This document shows, piece by piece, positions 39,001 through 52,700 of a stretch of 64,000 nt of DNA; the first letter of the stretch is position 1, and the number at the start of each line of letters is the position of its first letter. This DNA comes from Octopus bimaculoides (taxonomy: Eukaryota), in the NCBI RefSeq assembly GCF_001194135.2, contig NC_068981.1:158462619-158526618 (forward strand). Direction: 5' to 3'. The notes beneath the pieces are model-generated. The model was not told the DNA's origin, ran no database searches, and was given only the letters and a program-made list of their open reading frames with translations. Position numbers and translations under genes: made by a program.

Positions 39001-39664
39001 TGCCTTTGCTAATTGCCGCAGGTCCTTGATTTTGGTCTGAGTTATGAGGGCCTGGACCTGGGGTGGCAGCTTGTGGAAGAATAAATAAGATTTTTTGGAT
39101 AACTCTCTTAAATTAACATAAACATTTATTTACACGAAAGAAAATTACCGGAGACATAACACGTTTTGTTTACAAATATTGACATGTGCTATTTTCAGGA
39201 TATTGACGACAAAATGTACAGTCACGTACAAAATGACAGCTTCCAAATCCTGTTTCCTGACTGGGTGAAAATGATCAAACTTTAAACTTCTATAACTTTT
39301 TAAAACATTTCAGTTTGGGCAAGTGTATTATTGTGCCAAATTTTTAAATTCTCAGTAAACTTCAACTTTTGAAATGCTGGCAGCCAAAACGATAAGATCC
39401 GACAATAGCAAAGTTATAAGAATAGAAAAATTCTAAGTTTTCTTTTTTATTCATATAGGTGATTAATTTTACCACGATATATGCATACATGCACACACAC
39501 ATACACGCACGCACGTACACATGCGCGTACACACACATATACTTACTGCATCAAAACTACCAGAATCTTTAGTGAAGACAGCTAATGAAGGCTAAATTTT
39601 CGTGTTTTTCCTTTTGTTCCATCTGTCGTGCATTTTTATCATTTGTGCTTTTCTTTCAGTGTGT

Positions 39665-39761
<97 letters not shown>

Positions 39762-42700
39762 ATCCTTAAAATGATATTTTGTTTATCCTTAGTGTTAATG
39801 CACTGATATTTAGTTGATTGCCTTCACTGTCTATACGTATTTAGAAGTGTTGCCAATGAGTTTAGCTCCAGATTATCCCTAATCCAGCTTGCCAATGGTC
39901 AAAGATATTCTAACCATTACCACCCAGTATTTTCAAACATAATTCATCTTTGACAACATTATCCAAAATTCCATCACTTTATTCTGAGTGAGATTTGTCT
40001 ATTATTTCTAATAGGTCAAGCAATCGACTAAAGGTTCCCTCAGTGGCCAACATTAAGCTATTGGTTTTGTATGTTGTCTCTAAGTTATAACCACTAATCA
40101 CAGATAATTTGTATGTTACATCTTATTTCCCCATTGCAGTGAAAGTCAACTTCAAAAACAACATGATTTAGCAGTAGAAAAGCTGAATGGTTGGCGTAAA
40201 CGGATTCTAGATAATGTGAGTGGTTTATCTAAAAAGCTGAAAGAATTTGCAACTAAAGACAGAATGTCAGAAGCTCAACAGATTTTATCAGAGATTCGTA
40301 TCATTGAAAATCAATTGGAAGTTTTGAAAAAAGAGGTAGGAAGTTTTGAAATTCATGCATTTCATTTACAAATAACATTATTTCTAATTTTGGCACAAGG
40401 CCAGCAATTCTGAGAGGAGCAATTTGTCAATTGCATTGATTCCAGTGCTTCACTGGTGCTTATTTAGTCAATCCAGAAAGGATGAAAGGCAAAGTCGACC
40501 TTGGTAGTATTTGAACTGCAAATATAAGAGCTAGAGGAAATGCTGCTATGTATTTTGTCCCATGTGGTAATGATCTGACACTTCACTACCCTATTCACAA
40601 ATAATATCAAGTGTTGTATTATAAGAGTGACAGACAGAAGGAGATAAGTTTCTGTGAATTGAATCCATGAACTGGTTTTGAATTGGGATCATTTACATTT
40701 TCAGTTTACAAACATCACAGAAGCCTAAGATGTCATGACTGCATTTCTTTTCTTCACCTGCTCGTTTTCTAATGTTTTTTAGAGGGGAAACTATTGCACT
40801 CTCTCATCATCATAAACAGGTTGTGAGAGAAAGAAATGAAAGAAAGAATAACATAAACAAACTTCAAAATAATGTAATGAACAGATATTCCCTTATGTAG
40901 ATGTATGCATGTAGGTGAACCACTTGGCTCCATTAGGTTGTAAGATAACCACTAAATATTATGAATCCATTTAGTGTATATCTACTGATTCAATTTGAAC
41001 TCAATATTGAAAGCTAAGAAACTTCTTCATTTTACAGTGCTACCAATGTTTACTGTACTAAAATATACTACCTTCAAGTACAGACAAACTGGTGAGCTGG
41101 GTCTTTGTAAAGTGAAGTATCTTCATCATGAACTCAGTGAACTCCAGTTATAGGATTTGAACCATTGCCTCTCCACCTTGTAGTCCATCACACTATGCCT
41201 CAACCAGTTATGTACTGGTCGACTGTTCATGCTACAAACAGTCAGTCAATACTTTAGCCATCTTGTAATATCACTTATTTATATTCATTTTATAAAAATA
41301 TTGAGGGTTAGTCAATCTTGTTGGTACTTTTCACTCATGCTGCTTTCATAATCATAACTATTAGAACTGGTAATTTAAAATGAAATAAGGAAAAGGAGGG
41401 TTCACTTGCATCTTTTTTTTTTTTACTTTCTGCATTGCAATCATCAACATCATCATCATTTAATATCTGTCCTCCATACTGACATGGGCTGAGTAGTTCA
41501 ACAGGAGCCAGAAGGCCGTACCAAACACTAGTGCTTTTTATGTGGTGCTGGCATGGATGTCTCTTATACAGTGCTGGCACGGGTGCTTTTTATGTGACAC
41601 CAGCATGGGTGCTTTTACATGACACCAGCACAGGTGCTTTTTATGTGATACCAGCATGGATGCTTCATACATTGTGCTGGCATCGGTGCTTTTATGTGGT
41701 GCCAGCACAGGTGCTTAGGCCTAATCTATAACTTGATTTACCACCACCAACTAGTCATTCAATATCTTTAGCAGAGATCGCTCTGTTACAAGTAACTGGA
41801 TCAGATGTCTGGTTTGAAAATAACCCCTATTAGTTTCAAAAACTTTGAGTGTTTCTTTTCCTCCTCAAAATAAACTAACTAAAACAAAAGAAGCAATGAT
41901 GGACAAGGGATTAGCATTTCAGCATTTTGGTTGAAAAATCATGAAGTTATAATCCATAACTAGGGCATTTTTCAGTAGAAAAATCATAGAAGATAACTTC
42001 ATAAGTTCCTCCAAAGCAGAGTTGATAAAAAAAACAAAAACAAAAGGAATCTGTGTAATGATGAAATGAAAATTAACCAGAAATTGACCAGTCAGTGCCG
42101 ACATTGTATCTTCCTTTAGAAGTTATTGAATGAATGATTTGATTTTATTTCTTTTTATTATTACATTTACACACCTTTTATTGTACCTAAAAACAAGGTT
42201 AAAAGCACACATGTGTATGTGAATGAATCTTCCTGATGGTATATCATAACAATTATTGTTTATATATGAATGACTCATTTACAAAATATCCTTCCTCCTA
42301 CTAACATGGAAGGAAGATTTTTTATGACAATATGAAATTGTAACATTAACACTAACTTCTTAGTCATGATTAACATAAGTGAAACCGGCTGTCTACATAA
42401 ATATATGTATAAATATAATTAAGGGATCAGCAAAATATTTGCTTCACCATATACCGAAGTTCAGAAAAATAGCAGCTAAAAAAGCTGAGAATCAGCTTTT
42501 TTAGCTGCTATTTTTCTGAACTTCGGTATATGGTGAAGCAAATATTTTGCTGATCNNNNNNNNNNNNNNNNNNNNNNNNNNNNNNNNNNNNNNNNNNNNN
42601 NNNNNNNNNNNNNNNNNNNNNNNNNNNNNNNNNNNNNNNNNNNNNNNNNNNNNNNNNNNNNNNNNNNNNNNNNNNNNNNNNNNNNNNNNNNNNNNNNNNN

Positions 42701-42849
42701 NNNNNNNNNNNNNNNNNNNNNNNNNNNNNNNNNNNNNNNNNNNNNNNNNNNNNNNNNNNNNNNNNNNNNNNNNNNNNNNNNNNNNNNNNNNNNNNNNNNN
42801 NNNNNNNNNNNNNNNNNNNNNNNNNNTATATATACATATATATTATACA

Positions 42850-42896
<47 letters not shown>

Positions 42897-43704
42897 GCAC
42901 ACACACATAAAATTTTTGTGTATTGTTCTTTTTATATTTTTCGCTATATATATTTTTATTGTACCAACTTCATACAATTAGAAACAGAAAATTAACGAAG
43001 AAGAGATGATGCTGGGATTGGAAGAAATCAGTGAGTTTGAACAGGTGCAATTTCTAGCAACAGCAGTTGAACCTTATGAAAGACTTTGGTCAAATGCTGT
43101 CAAACTACAAACACAGTATGAATGTTGGATGAATGGGCCACTGCTGAACGTCAATTCTGAAGAGGTGGACCAAGAGGTAATATTTTGTTTTCTATTATGG
43201 TTGACATCATGATGTCTTAATAAATTCACTATGAAGTGAGTTGATAACTTGGTTTCAGTTCTTAGCTGGAACACCTTTCTTGTTTCCATTTTTAAACTCT
43301 TAGTGAAAGATTTAAGCATCACAACTTTATTTCTCCTTCCCAGATAAACCTCGGGTATTATTTCCCATTTTACTTTAACAGATGCAAGAATGCATACAAC
43401 CCTCCACCTACCACACACACACAAACAACAACAACGGCCAAACCAATTTTAATGCCTCCCTATATTATCACTGCTAAGAATAGTTCTCAAACATCCCTCA
43501 AGTGACACCATAGGATTTAAAAATAAGGAATGATGCCTTCAATTGCAGGCATGGCTATGTTGCTATGAAGCTCATTTTGCAACACTGTAGTTTCAAGTTC
43601 AGTCCCACTGCACAGTACCTTAAGCAAGTGTCTTCTATGATAACCCAAGGCCAATCAATACCATGTGAGAGAATTTGGAAGACAGAAAGTGAAAGAAGCT
43701 CATA

Positions 43705-43744
<40 letters not shown>

Positions 43745-46700
43745 CTTCTGCTACCACAACTTGATGACCAGTGTTAGTTTGTTTAAGTAACTTGGTAGTG
43801 TGGCAAAAGTTACTTATCTAATGGCGACAATGGTATCCCTAATTTACCATCAAGAATATTTACCTTTCTTTAACATCCACCAATATTTCTTCATCATCAT
43901 CATCGCTTTAATGTTCACTTTTCCATGTTTGGATGGGTCAAACAGAGTTTGCAGAGACAGATTTTCTATGGTCAGATGCTTTTCCTGTTGCCAACCTCCA
44001 CTTATTTCCAAGCAAGGTGATATTTCCTTATGGCCAGACATGTTTTTACAGAATATTGGAAATAATTGACATTGCTTGTATGACAGTGACACACATTTAC
44101 AGTTATCACATGACATCAAGATAAGGAGACACAAATGTACACACACTGACTCTTACACACACACACATATACATACATATATACATAGAGAGAGATAGAT
44201 GCACACACACACAAACACAGTGAATGTCTTTCAGTTTCCGTCGCACAAAGACATGACTACATCTATAAGACACACCTATGTCTATTGCCACGCCTGCACC
44301 TATACCCATGCCTGGTAATAAAGTCTTCCTGGAGATTTTCGATGGAATTCTTGACAGTTGGCCAAAGGGTCAACAGTTCAAATTTCGTCAATATTACCAA
44401 ACTGTCTCAATAGACACTTACACACCAATTGTCTTTTGCACCTATTGACCTCTCTAAATATGCTTTATCTTTCTCAAAGCTCACTTTACTGTCTCAAAAA
44501 GTAGAAGGCTATATAAAATAATATAGACTGGAAAAAAACTTAATGATAAGGGTAGAAAACCTTTGGTCATAGGTCTGCTCATTTAGACTCAACCTGAGAA
44601 TAAATAACTTTTATACTCTAAACCCATTTTATCATAATGTCTACAATTGTAGTACTTGTACCTTATTTACCACAAAAATGGTTATTGTCATTGTCAACTA
44701 ACAAGGTTAAATTGTGTTATATACACACTATTATAGGCGCAGGAGTGGCTGTGCTTACCATCCACATGGTTCTGGGTTCAGTCCCACTGTGTGGCACCTT
44801 GTGCAAGTGTCTGCTATTATAGCCTCGGGCCGACCAAAGCCTTGTGAGTGGATTTGGTAGATGGAAACTGAAAGAAGACTGTCGTATATATGTATATGTA
44901 TATATATATGTATGTGTATGTATATGTTTGTGTGTCTGTGTTTGTCCCCCCCAACATTGCTTGACAACCGATGCTGGTGTGTTTACGTCCCCGTAACTTA
45001 GTGGTTCGGCAAAAGAGACCAATAGAATAAGTACTAGGCATCCAAAGAATAAGTCCTGGGGTCGATTTTCTCGACTAAAGGTAGTGCTCCAGCATGGCCA
45101 CAGTCAAATGACTGAAACAAGTAAAAGAGTAAATCACACCCTGCTATCTTAGAAAATAGAACAATTTGGATTGCAGTTCTGGACATGTAATCCTACAAAT
45201 ACTATAAATGCGATAAAGCAGGATGGTCATATTTGGTATACCTTTGATCTACTTGATCAACACTGACCTGAAACTATACAACAATAACTTTCTACACTCA
45301 TCTTGACCTTTACTAGTGTAACTTCAACTATGCCGCATCTACTAAGCTCAGTACAGAACATTATTTTATTGTTTTAATTATATTAACACATTAACTGCCA
45401 CATGTACTACTGGCAGTTCATCACAAACTTCCCAGCTGTTATATGCACCACCAGTGGTACATTTTTGCAATTTGAAAAAATAGTTTATTCTGTATCTTTG
45501 ATGTGGTTTCAAGGATACTTAATTGATATGAGTACTAAATGATAAAGTTTAATTACGAAATATTCTAAAAATGCAAAAAAAAAAAAAAACATTTCCTTGT
45601 AATTATACAAAATGCAGTGTGACTGAAAATACGTGGCATCATCAGTAAGTTCCAGTAATAGACTGTGGCAGTTAACATGTTAACTAGATTTAATTTTAAA
45701 ACGTAAATTTCAAATATATCTCTTTCAGATTCAGACATTATGGAGGATTGCTTACAAATTAACCCAAGTTTTTAATCACCCAGACAAGAAAGGACCATTT
45801 AAAGCTGCCAGGGCCATGAAAAACAGACTGGAGAAATTTAAAATAAATATACCACTCGTGAAAGCACTCTGTAACCCTGGTATAAAAAATAGGCACTGGA
45901 AGATGATGAGTGAAAAGGTAGCTCTTTATAAATATTATTCTGTCCCTTTAAGTTCTGAATTGAAATCTCTCTGTAGTCAATTTTGCCTTTTGGTCCTCAA
46001 GGTTGATAAAATAAAGTTCCCTTAAAGTAGTAAGGATGATTTAGTTTACTATACTCTTTCTCAAAAATGTGTAATCTTGCAACAACATTAAAAACCATAA
46101 TCATTCTTACAAGAACTAGTGTTGTAAGATGGCAGTAGCTTTAGAGTGCAGGGCAAAATGTCTAATGATAATTGTTCTGATTCTTCCCACTCTGAGTTCA
46201 AAATCTACCAAGGTTAACTGCACCTCTAGCTCTTCAGTTATTGATAAAATAAAGAAACAGTCAAGTACTGTGGTCAATGTAAACACATGTTACCCCTCCC
46301 TTCAATCTATTGGTTTAGTACCTGTGTTAGTAACAATAATTAGAATAGTTGATCAGCAGAATCCTTAAAGTATGGGACGAAATAACCTGCAACATTTACA
46401 TTCTGAGTTCAAATTCCAGCTGAAGTCACCTTTTCCTTTCAGGTCTCCATTGTCTATAAAATAAAGTACCATTCAAGTACTGTAGCTGATTTAATTATGT
46501 CTGTCCCTAATTTCAGTCCCTGTGTCTGTATTAGAAACTATTATTATTTAATGTGAAAACTGTTCTGATTTCCAATTGAAGTTAAACCACTTCCCCTAAC
46601 TTTTACTAATGAACAGCATACTTTGCCACACAGGCCTCATGGGAAACCAGGGTATTATATTATTTTTCAGTGAGTAACATGACTCTACTCATGGTTAAGT

Positions 46701-49700
46701 AATATTGCTTTTGAGAGAAATACATATGTTTTTCACAACTCAAAAATAACATCTGCAAAAGAAATACAAATAGATTTCACTGTATTTGAGGAAATGGTAT
46801 TGGAAGAATTGCTAAGATTGAGTGCTGGTTGGTGTAGAAAAGTAGAAGTGTTTAGAGAATACATTACTCAGATATCATCCACATAAAAAACTATAGTTAT
46901 GTTAATGCTAACACATTTAATGGATGGAACATCAAAACAATAACTAGAAATAATCAAGCAATGAGAAAGAATCAATATTAATCAATGAATGATATTATTT
47001 TAATTATTTTGGCATCTACAGGAAACAACTCTTGGCATATTTTGATCTTATGATGATCTCAACAATAAAACACATACTTCACCTTGTTGGTATAATTAAG
47101 ATAAAATATTATTATTATTTTTTGACTAATATTTTTCCCTCAGCACATAATTTGTTTTTTTCTAGGGAACTTCTTAATGCTCCCTGCATCAAATATGTTA
47201 GCTTTCACTTAACATGTTAATTAGGGAACTTTGTAATATCTGGTGATTGTTCTGTTGTCTACATTGATATCCTAATGTAATTATCCCTTTCTTATCAGTT
47301 GTTAATGAATTTTTTTATTATTTTTTTTTTTTTGTTGTTGAAATTTCATCTGTAGAATTTTGTTCATCCCCAGATCATCCTTGATTGAGCAGTTCTTTTA
47401 TTAAATTTTTCCAGCCAGGAACTTCCAATATTCTTTTTTTAGACATTTTATCTAGGTCTACAGTATCTAATGTAATTTTTCATTTAAAAATGTCATAGTA
47501 TACTTTGAAGATTTGATTGCAATTTTTAGCAAGTCAGTTAACCCAAAAGAATCTTCTTCATTGGCTTGTCGTGTTTTGTTGTTGCTGCTGTATTTTGATC
47601 CTCAGTATAGAACTTCAACTTGGAAGATTCTATATAACATTTCAAGCAACAATTGCCTGAACAAACGAATAAATTCAACAAGGAAACCTCTACAGAGTCA
47701 CTGTAAAAGCTTGAAATAGCAGATGAATCTGCATTAAATCACACTCTATCTTTAGTTATACGAAAGAATTGTTGGATAATATATATTTCTAGTAAAAAAG
47801 ATGGTGTGATTACGGGTAGAACACTCTGCGGTTGATTGGAACTAACCAGAGAAATAGACAACAAATACAACAAACAATGAATAATAATTCATCTTTTTCT
47901 TTAGGTTGGCTTTGATATCACACCACAGGAAGATACACCTTTATCTGAGATCTTGAAACTGGACCTTGAAAGGTACTTAGATGAACTGTCAGCCATAAGC
48001 TCTCAAGCTAATAAAGAATTTGCTTTAGAAAAGGTGAGTTCAGGGTTTAGTTTCAGATAATCATGTAATAAATAGTATTAATTGACATGCTTGAATTTGT
48101 AGTGTTTTAGTGGTAGTCTGAATTTGTGTATAATAATTTCAAGAAGATGGTTAATTAAAAAGAAACATTGCATTTGCCAATAGCTAATAGAAAGGTTCCT
48201 GTGCTTGTCTCATTTTGTTTATGAAGTTTATTCAACCAGTTTTATGTTAAAATTGGCCAGATCTGTCTCCTCACACCTATCCTACAATGTCATTCTAAAA
48301 ATAAGCAATCACACCATGAAAATCTCTTAGCTACAAGATAATGCATGATTGATACAAAATAATGTTAATAAATAAGCATCACATTTGAGAGAGTAATCTG
48401 AATGCTACAAGATTAAAACAAAACAAAGAAATTGAAGCCTCTATGCTCCTTTGGAGCTGACCCTTTTAGTACCAGAGCTAATATGCAAGTGTGAAAGAAC
48501 CTATGGAGATCTATATGGGCTGAGAAAAATAATGAATACTTAATTTTACAAAATTCATATGTATACAAATTACTTTTAATTATCATTTTTATTGTTGGAA
48601 TTTTACTTTTTTCATGAGTTTTTAAAATTTTCTGCAGTAGACTATTTCTTTTGGAATGTGGCAGCTGGTATCCCACACCTATTCTATATAGATGTTCAAC
48701 CTGCTTAAAACATTAGTCAAATTGCTTTCAAATTACATTCTACTGTCTTAAAAGGCCTAGACAACTCAGGACTATGGGAGAAGATACTTGCTAAGGTACA
48801 ACTCAGCCATACCTGTACCCATATGTTAGTTCTACCCTCATATGATATGGCTACAGCCATACTGCTATACTGCTCAGTCTTATATCCAAGAATTGTTAAA
48901 TCTGAGAGCAATGGAATGTTATTTGACCATGTACTCATTAGCAGAGATGTTTTACTGAGCTACAAAGATCTCTGGGCTAAAGCAAAACAGGTACCCATTT
49001 GCCAACAAACAGCAAAATGTGAGTGAGTATGAATAGAAAATATAAGGACATTTGGGAGACTAGAGGGATGTTTGGCAAGGAAGCCTTGGATTGGATTCCA
49101 GGGGAGAAATGGAAGACAGGATGCCAGAGGATTATGTGGCAGATATCAGCAGAAAAGGATGACAGGTATAACAGAGAATCAAATATAAAGAAAAGCATGA
49201 GGCAAAATATATCAGAAGAATCTATGGTGAGTCTATGTTCTGCAAGGAACACAAAGAGGCCCTGATGAAGACATGTTTTTATGTAATAGATAAGTTGTTT
49301 CTCGAAATTCTGTTTTTGCTAATCCATAATGTAGTCATCATATGTCCACTAATTCTGATGATATCTTCAGTAAGTGTACCAATGATTAAATTATCTTAAC
49401 ACTCTTAAAAAAGTTCCTGTATGTGATTTTCAGGCATTATCTAAAATGAAGGATGACTGGGAAAACATGGCATTCAACTTCACACCTTACAAGGACACAG
49501 AACTATTTATACTGTCAGCTTTTGATGACATCCAGGCCCTTCTTGATGATCATATTGTTAAAACTACAACAATGAAAGGTTCAGCATTTGTTGGACCTTT
49601 TGAAAAGGAGATTAAGGAATGGGGCTATAGTCTTGTGAGTATCTCACCATCTCTTTATCTTACTTTCATCAATGTTTCTTTTCTTTTTGTATACCTCTGT

Positions 49701-52700
49701 TCTTTATATTATTTCCTTCTTATTTGTGTTTCTCTTTTTCATACCATTCCACTTCTACAGTCTATGGGTCAGGACATTATTTCTGTTTTCAGGGGATATC
49801 ATCAAGGAAACTGATGATAAAATTGTTATGCAAGCAATAAAACGTATTAAAGATACACTGGAAAGAGTTAAGCATGCTTATTTCATTAGAGTTTGAGAAA
49901 AAATCATGACTAAATGTGTTTAAGGAAAGCTGTTGGATAGAAGATGAAACAGTATCAATCTATAATAGCCTTCTACAAATGAGACAGTAAGAGGAATATG
50001 AATAAGTTGGTGCAGGTGATATTCAAGATTTATTGCATGCTGATAAGACCTTCATCTACAATGACCTTAAGGGGTTAACAGAACTGCAAATGTCTCCTTC
50101 AGATAACAAGAAGATGCTCCTTTATATTAGTTTTAATAGCAGAGTTCTTAAAGCCTTGGTTTAAAAGCCTTTTGGTTAGACTACTATGTTTTTAAGGAAG
50201 GCATGATCATCATACATTCTCTCTCCATGACTACACCTGGGTAAAAAATTAACATATTTCTACAATTCAAAATGTATAAAATCTAAAACATCTTGATTTG
50301 TTTCAGAATCGTATGAAAGGTATCCTGGAATCTTGGCTGAAGGTTCAATCTGCCTGGTTGTACTTGGAACCAATATTTGGATCGGCAGATATCAGAGAGC
50401 AAATTCCTGTACAGGGTAAAATGTTTGAAGAAGTTGACCAAAACTGGTAAATTATTTAGATATGTCTACTTCAAATTATGTTTCTTTTTTTTATTTTGTT
50501 ACATTTTTATTATTTGAACATTTATAAAAGAAGTAACAAAGATAATTGGAGACCCCTTAGCATTTATAAACAAGCAGTTCATGAAATAAAGATAGATTTA
50601 AAGATTTCAATAAGCCTCATGTATATAGAAGGATATATGCATATATATTCTTATTTAATTGAGGTCTGAGGATTGAGATGATATTAATAACTTGATTTTG
50701 CATGAGCAGAGGGGAAAACTCCTCTCTTTTATTCCTTTATTATGCTGCTATGTTCTTGAGAAAGGCATGAATATCTTATTCTGTTAAGTTATATATGCAT
50801 GTAGCTTTATGCTTGTGCTAAGAGATTGACAACTTGTATCCTGTCTATGACACTATGTCGTCCATAAGACATAACTCTTAAAATGGCCAAGTATACCAAG
50901 CTATAAACAAGTACTACATTGAAAGAAAAGCTTCCTTCCTTAAGCAGCAGCAGCAGCAGAAATATTGTTGATTTGGAAGACCTAAGTTCAATTCTATGTT
51001 GGTATCCCATCCAGCAGAGAAATCATTGTAGAATAGAATGGAACACAGAAAAACTTATTTCTTTAAAGATAGAATAGAAGCAGGAGAATTAATTGCTACT
51101 GAATGTAAAGTTAAACACCCTGCTTCATGGATTGTTTAGGCTTTAATCTTAAATCAGATTAGTCTAATTTGTAGATTTGACATAACCATTAAGAAAGATT
51201 TTTGATTTGTTTTCTTTTTATTTTTACATTGTCTTCTTTTGTTGATCATTTTAATGGTGATATTGTATTTTTGCTTATGCCTGATCATCTAAAATAACAA
51301 TATTTTTGCTGTAGCCATATTACATAAAGAATATTCAAGGAAGTTATCAATATATAGTATCTGATCTATCCACAACTACCAACACAGTATTCTGATTTTT
51401 CATTTATCTATACTTTGACACATGTCAATTAAAGGTAAATAACAAGTCATCTGAGATAGTAACCTTGATTTGAATGCTACCTGAAACTGTTTCAGTTCAC
51501 AAGGTTTATTGGTCTTGGAAAATTCATTAAAACTGCAACTCTTATTTCTTATCTCACATGAAAATATGAAGCCTTAAGAGCCAATGAGTGAGCCTTTACA
51601 AAGTCACCGGATCTGCTACAAATACTGCCAAATCCCCTTCAAATAACCCCTACCATCTTTTAAAAAGAAGTGACACATTGAACAATGTAGTCCTACATAC
51701 ACCATGTATGAAATAAAAGAAACAGTCACACCATTCTGCATGAGTTTAGTTGCTCAAGACTGACATGAGTTAAGCAATGATACTTTCATCCACCGCTTTA
51801 TACTTATAAATAACAATAATGAGCTTATAATAATAATAACGATGAAATTCTAGAGAAGGTAATGAGGAAACATTTCCAGCCAATTCCTTTTAACCCTTTC
51901 ATTACCATATTTCTGTTGAAATGCACTACCTTTGCCTCGATTAATTTTGAAAATAACAAAGAATTTAATAAAATCATTTTGCCAATATTAAGCTGGTAGG
52001 TAGAACATACATTAACCCTTTCGTTACTGTATTTATTTTAAGATGCTCTGTGTTTCTTTCAATTACTTTGAATATAACAAAGAATTTAGTAAAATAACTT
52101 AGTTATCATGATGCTAGTCTTAGGAACATAAATTGTGACTAAGGTTTGGGGGAAGATTTTAATTCTGAACATTTGAAAACAAGACATTTGTACTCAGAGC
52201 CAGAGGCGGTTTCAGCCGGGTTGGTAACGAAAGGGTTAACATAAAATTTTGATGGAATGTTTTAATTTAAATCACTTCAAAACAAGAAGTTTGTATCAGA
52301 GCTACAGGCAGTCTCAGGCAGGTAGGTATCAAGAGTTAATACACTGTGACAAAATCATAGAAAACTAGTTTTGAAAATAAGTCCTTTTAAATGTCTTATT
52401 TATTCATTGAATATTATTCTTATTAAAACTCAATTTTTGTTTTAAATAATTGAGTGTCTGTGTTCCATCTAAACGTAATTAACATTTTTTTCTTTAGGAA
52501 ACAGATCATGTCAACTGCTAAGCAGAGTCACAAGGCCCTAACTGTTGCTTCCCAGGACCAGATGCTTGAAAAACTACAATATTCAGTGGTAAATACACTC
52601 TACAACATTACTATAGCGGCTGTTGTTGGCTGTTCAAGTGCTTGTTATTAACTGGAATAACAGCTAGTATGAATTGCTATAAGACATTTTTGTGTATAAA

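Noticed and set aside
49258-49312. CTGATGA...GAAA spacing resembling a hammerhead
   Set aside because: No convincing stems I and III; likely chance or too decayed.
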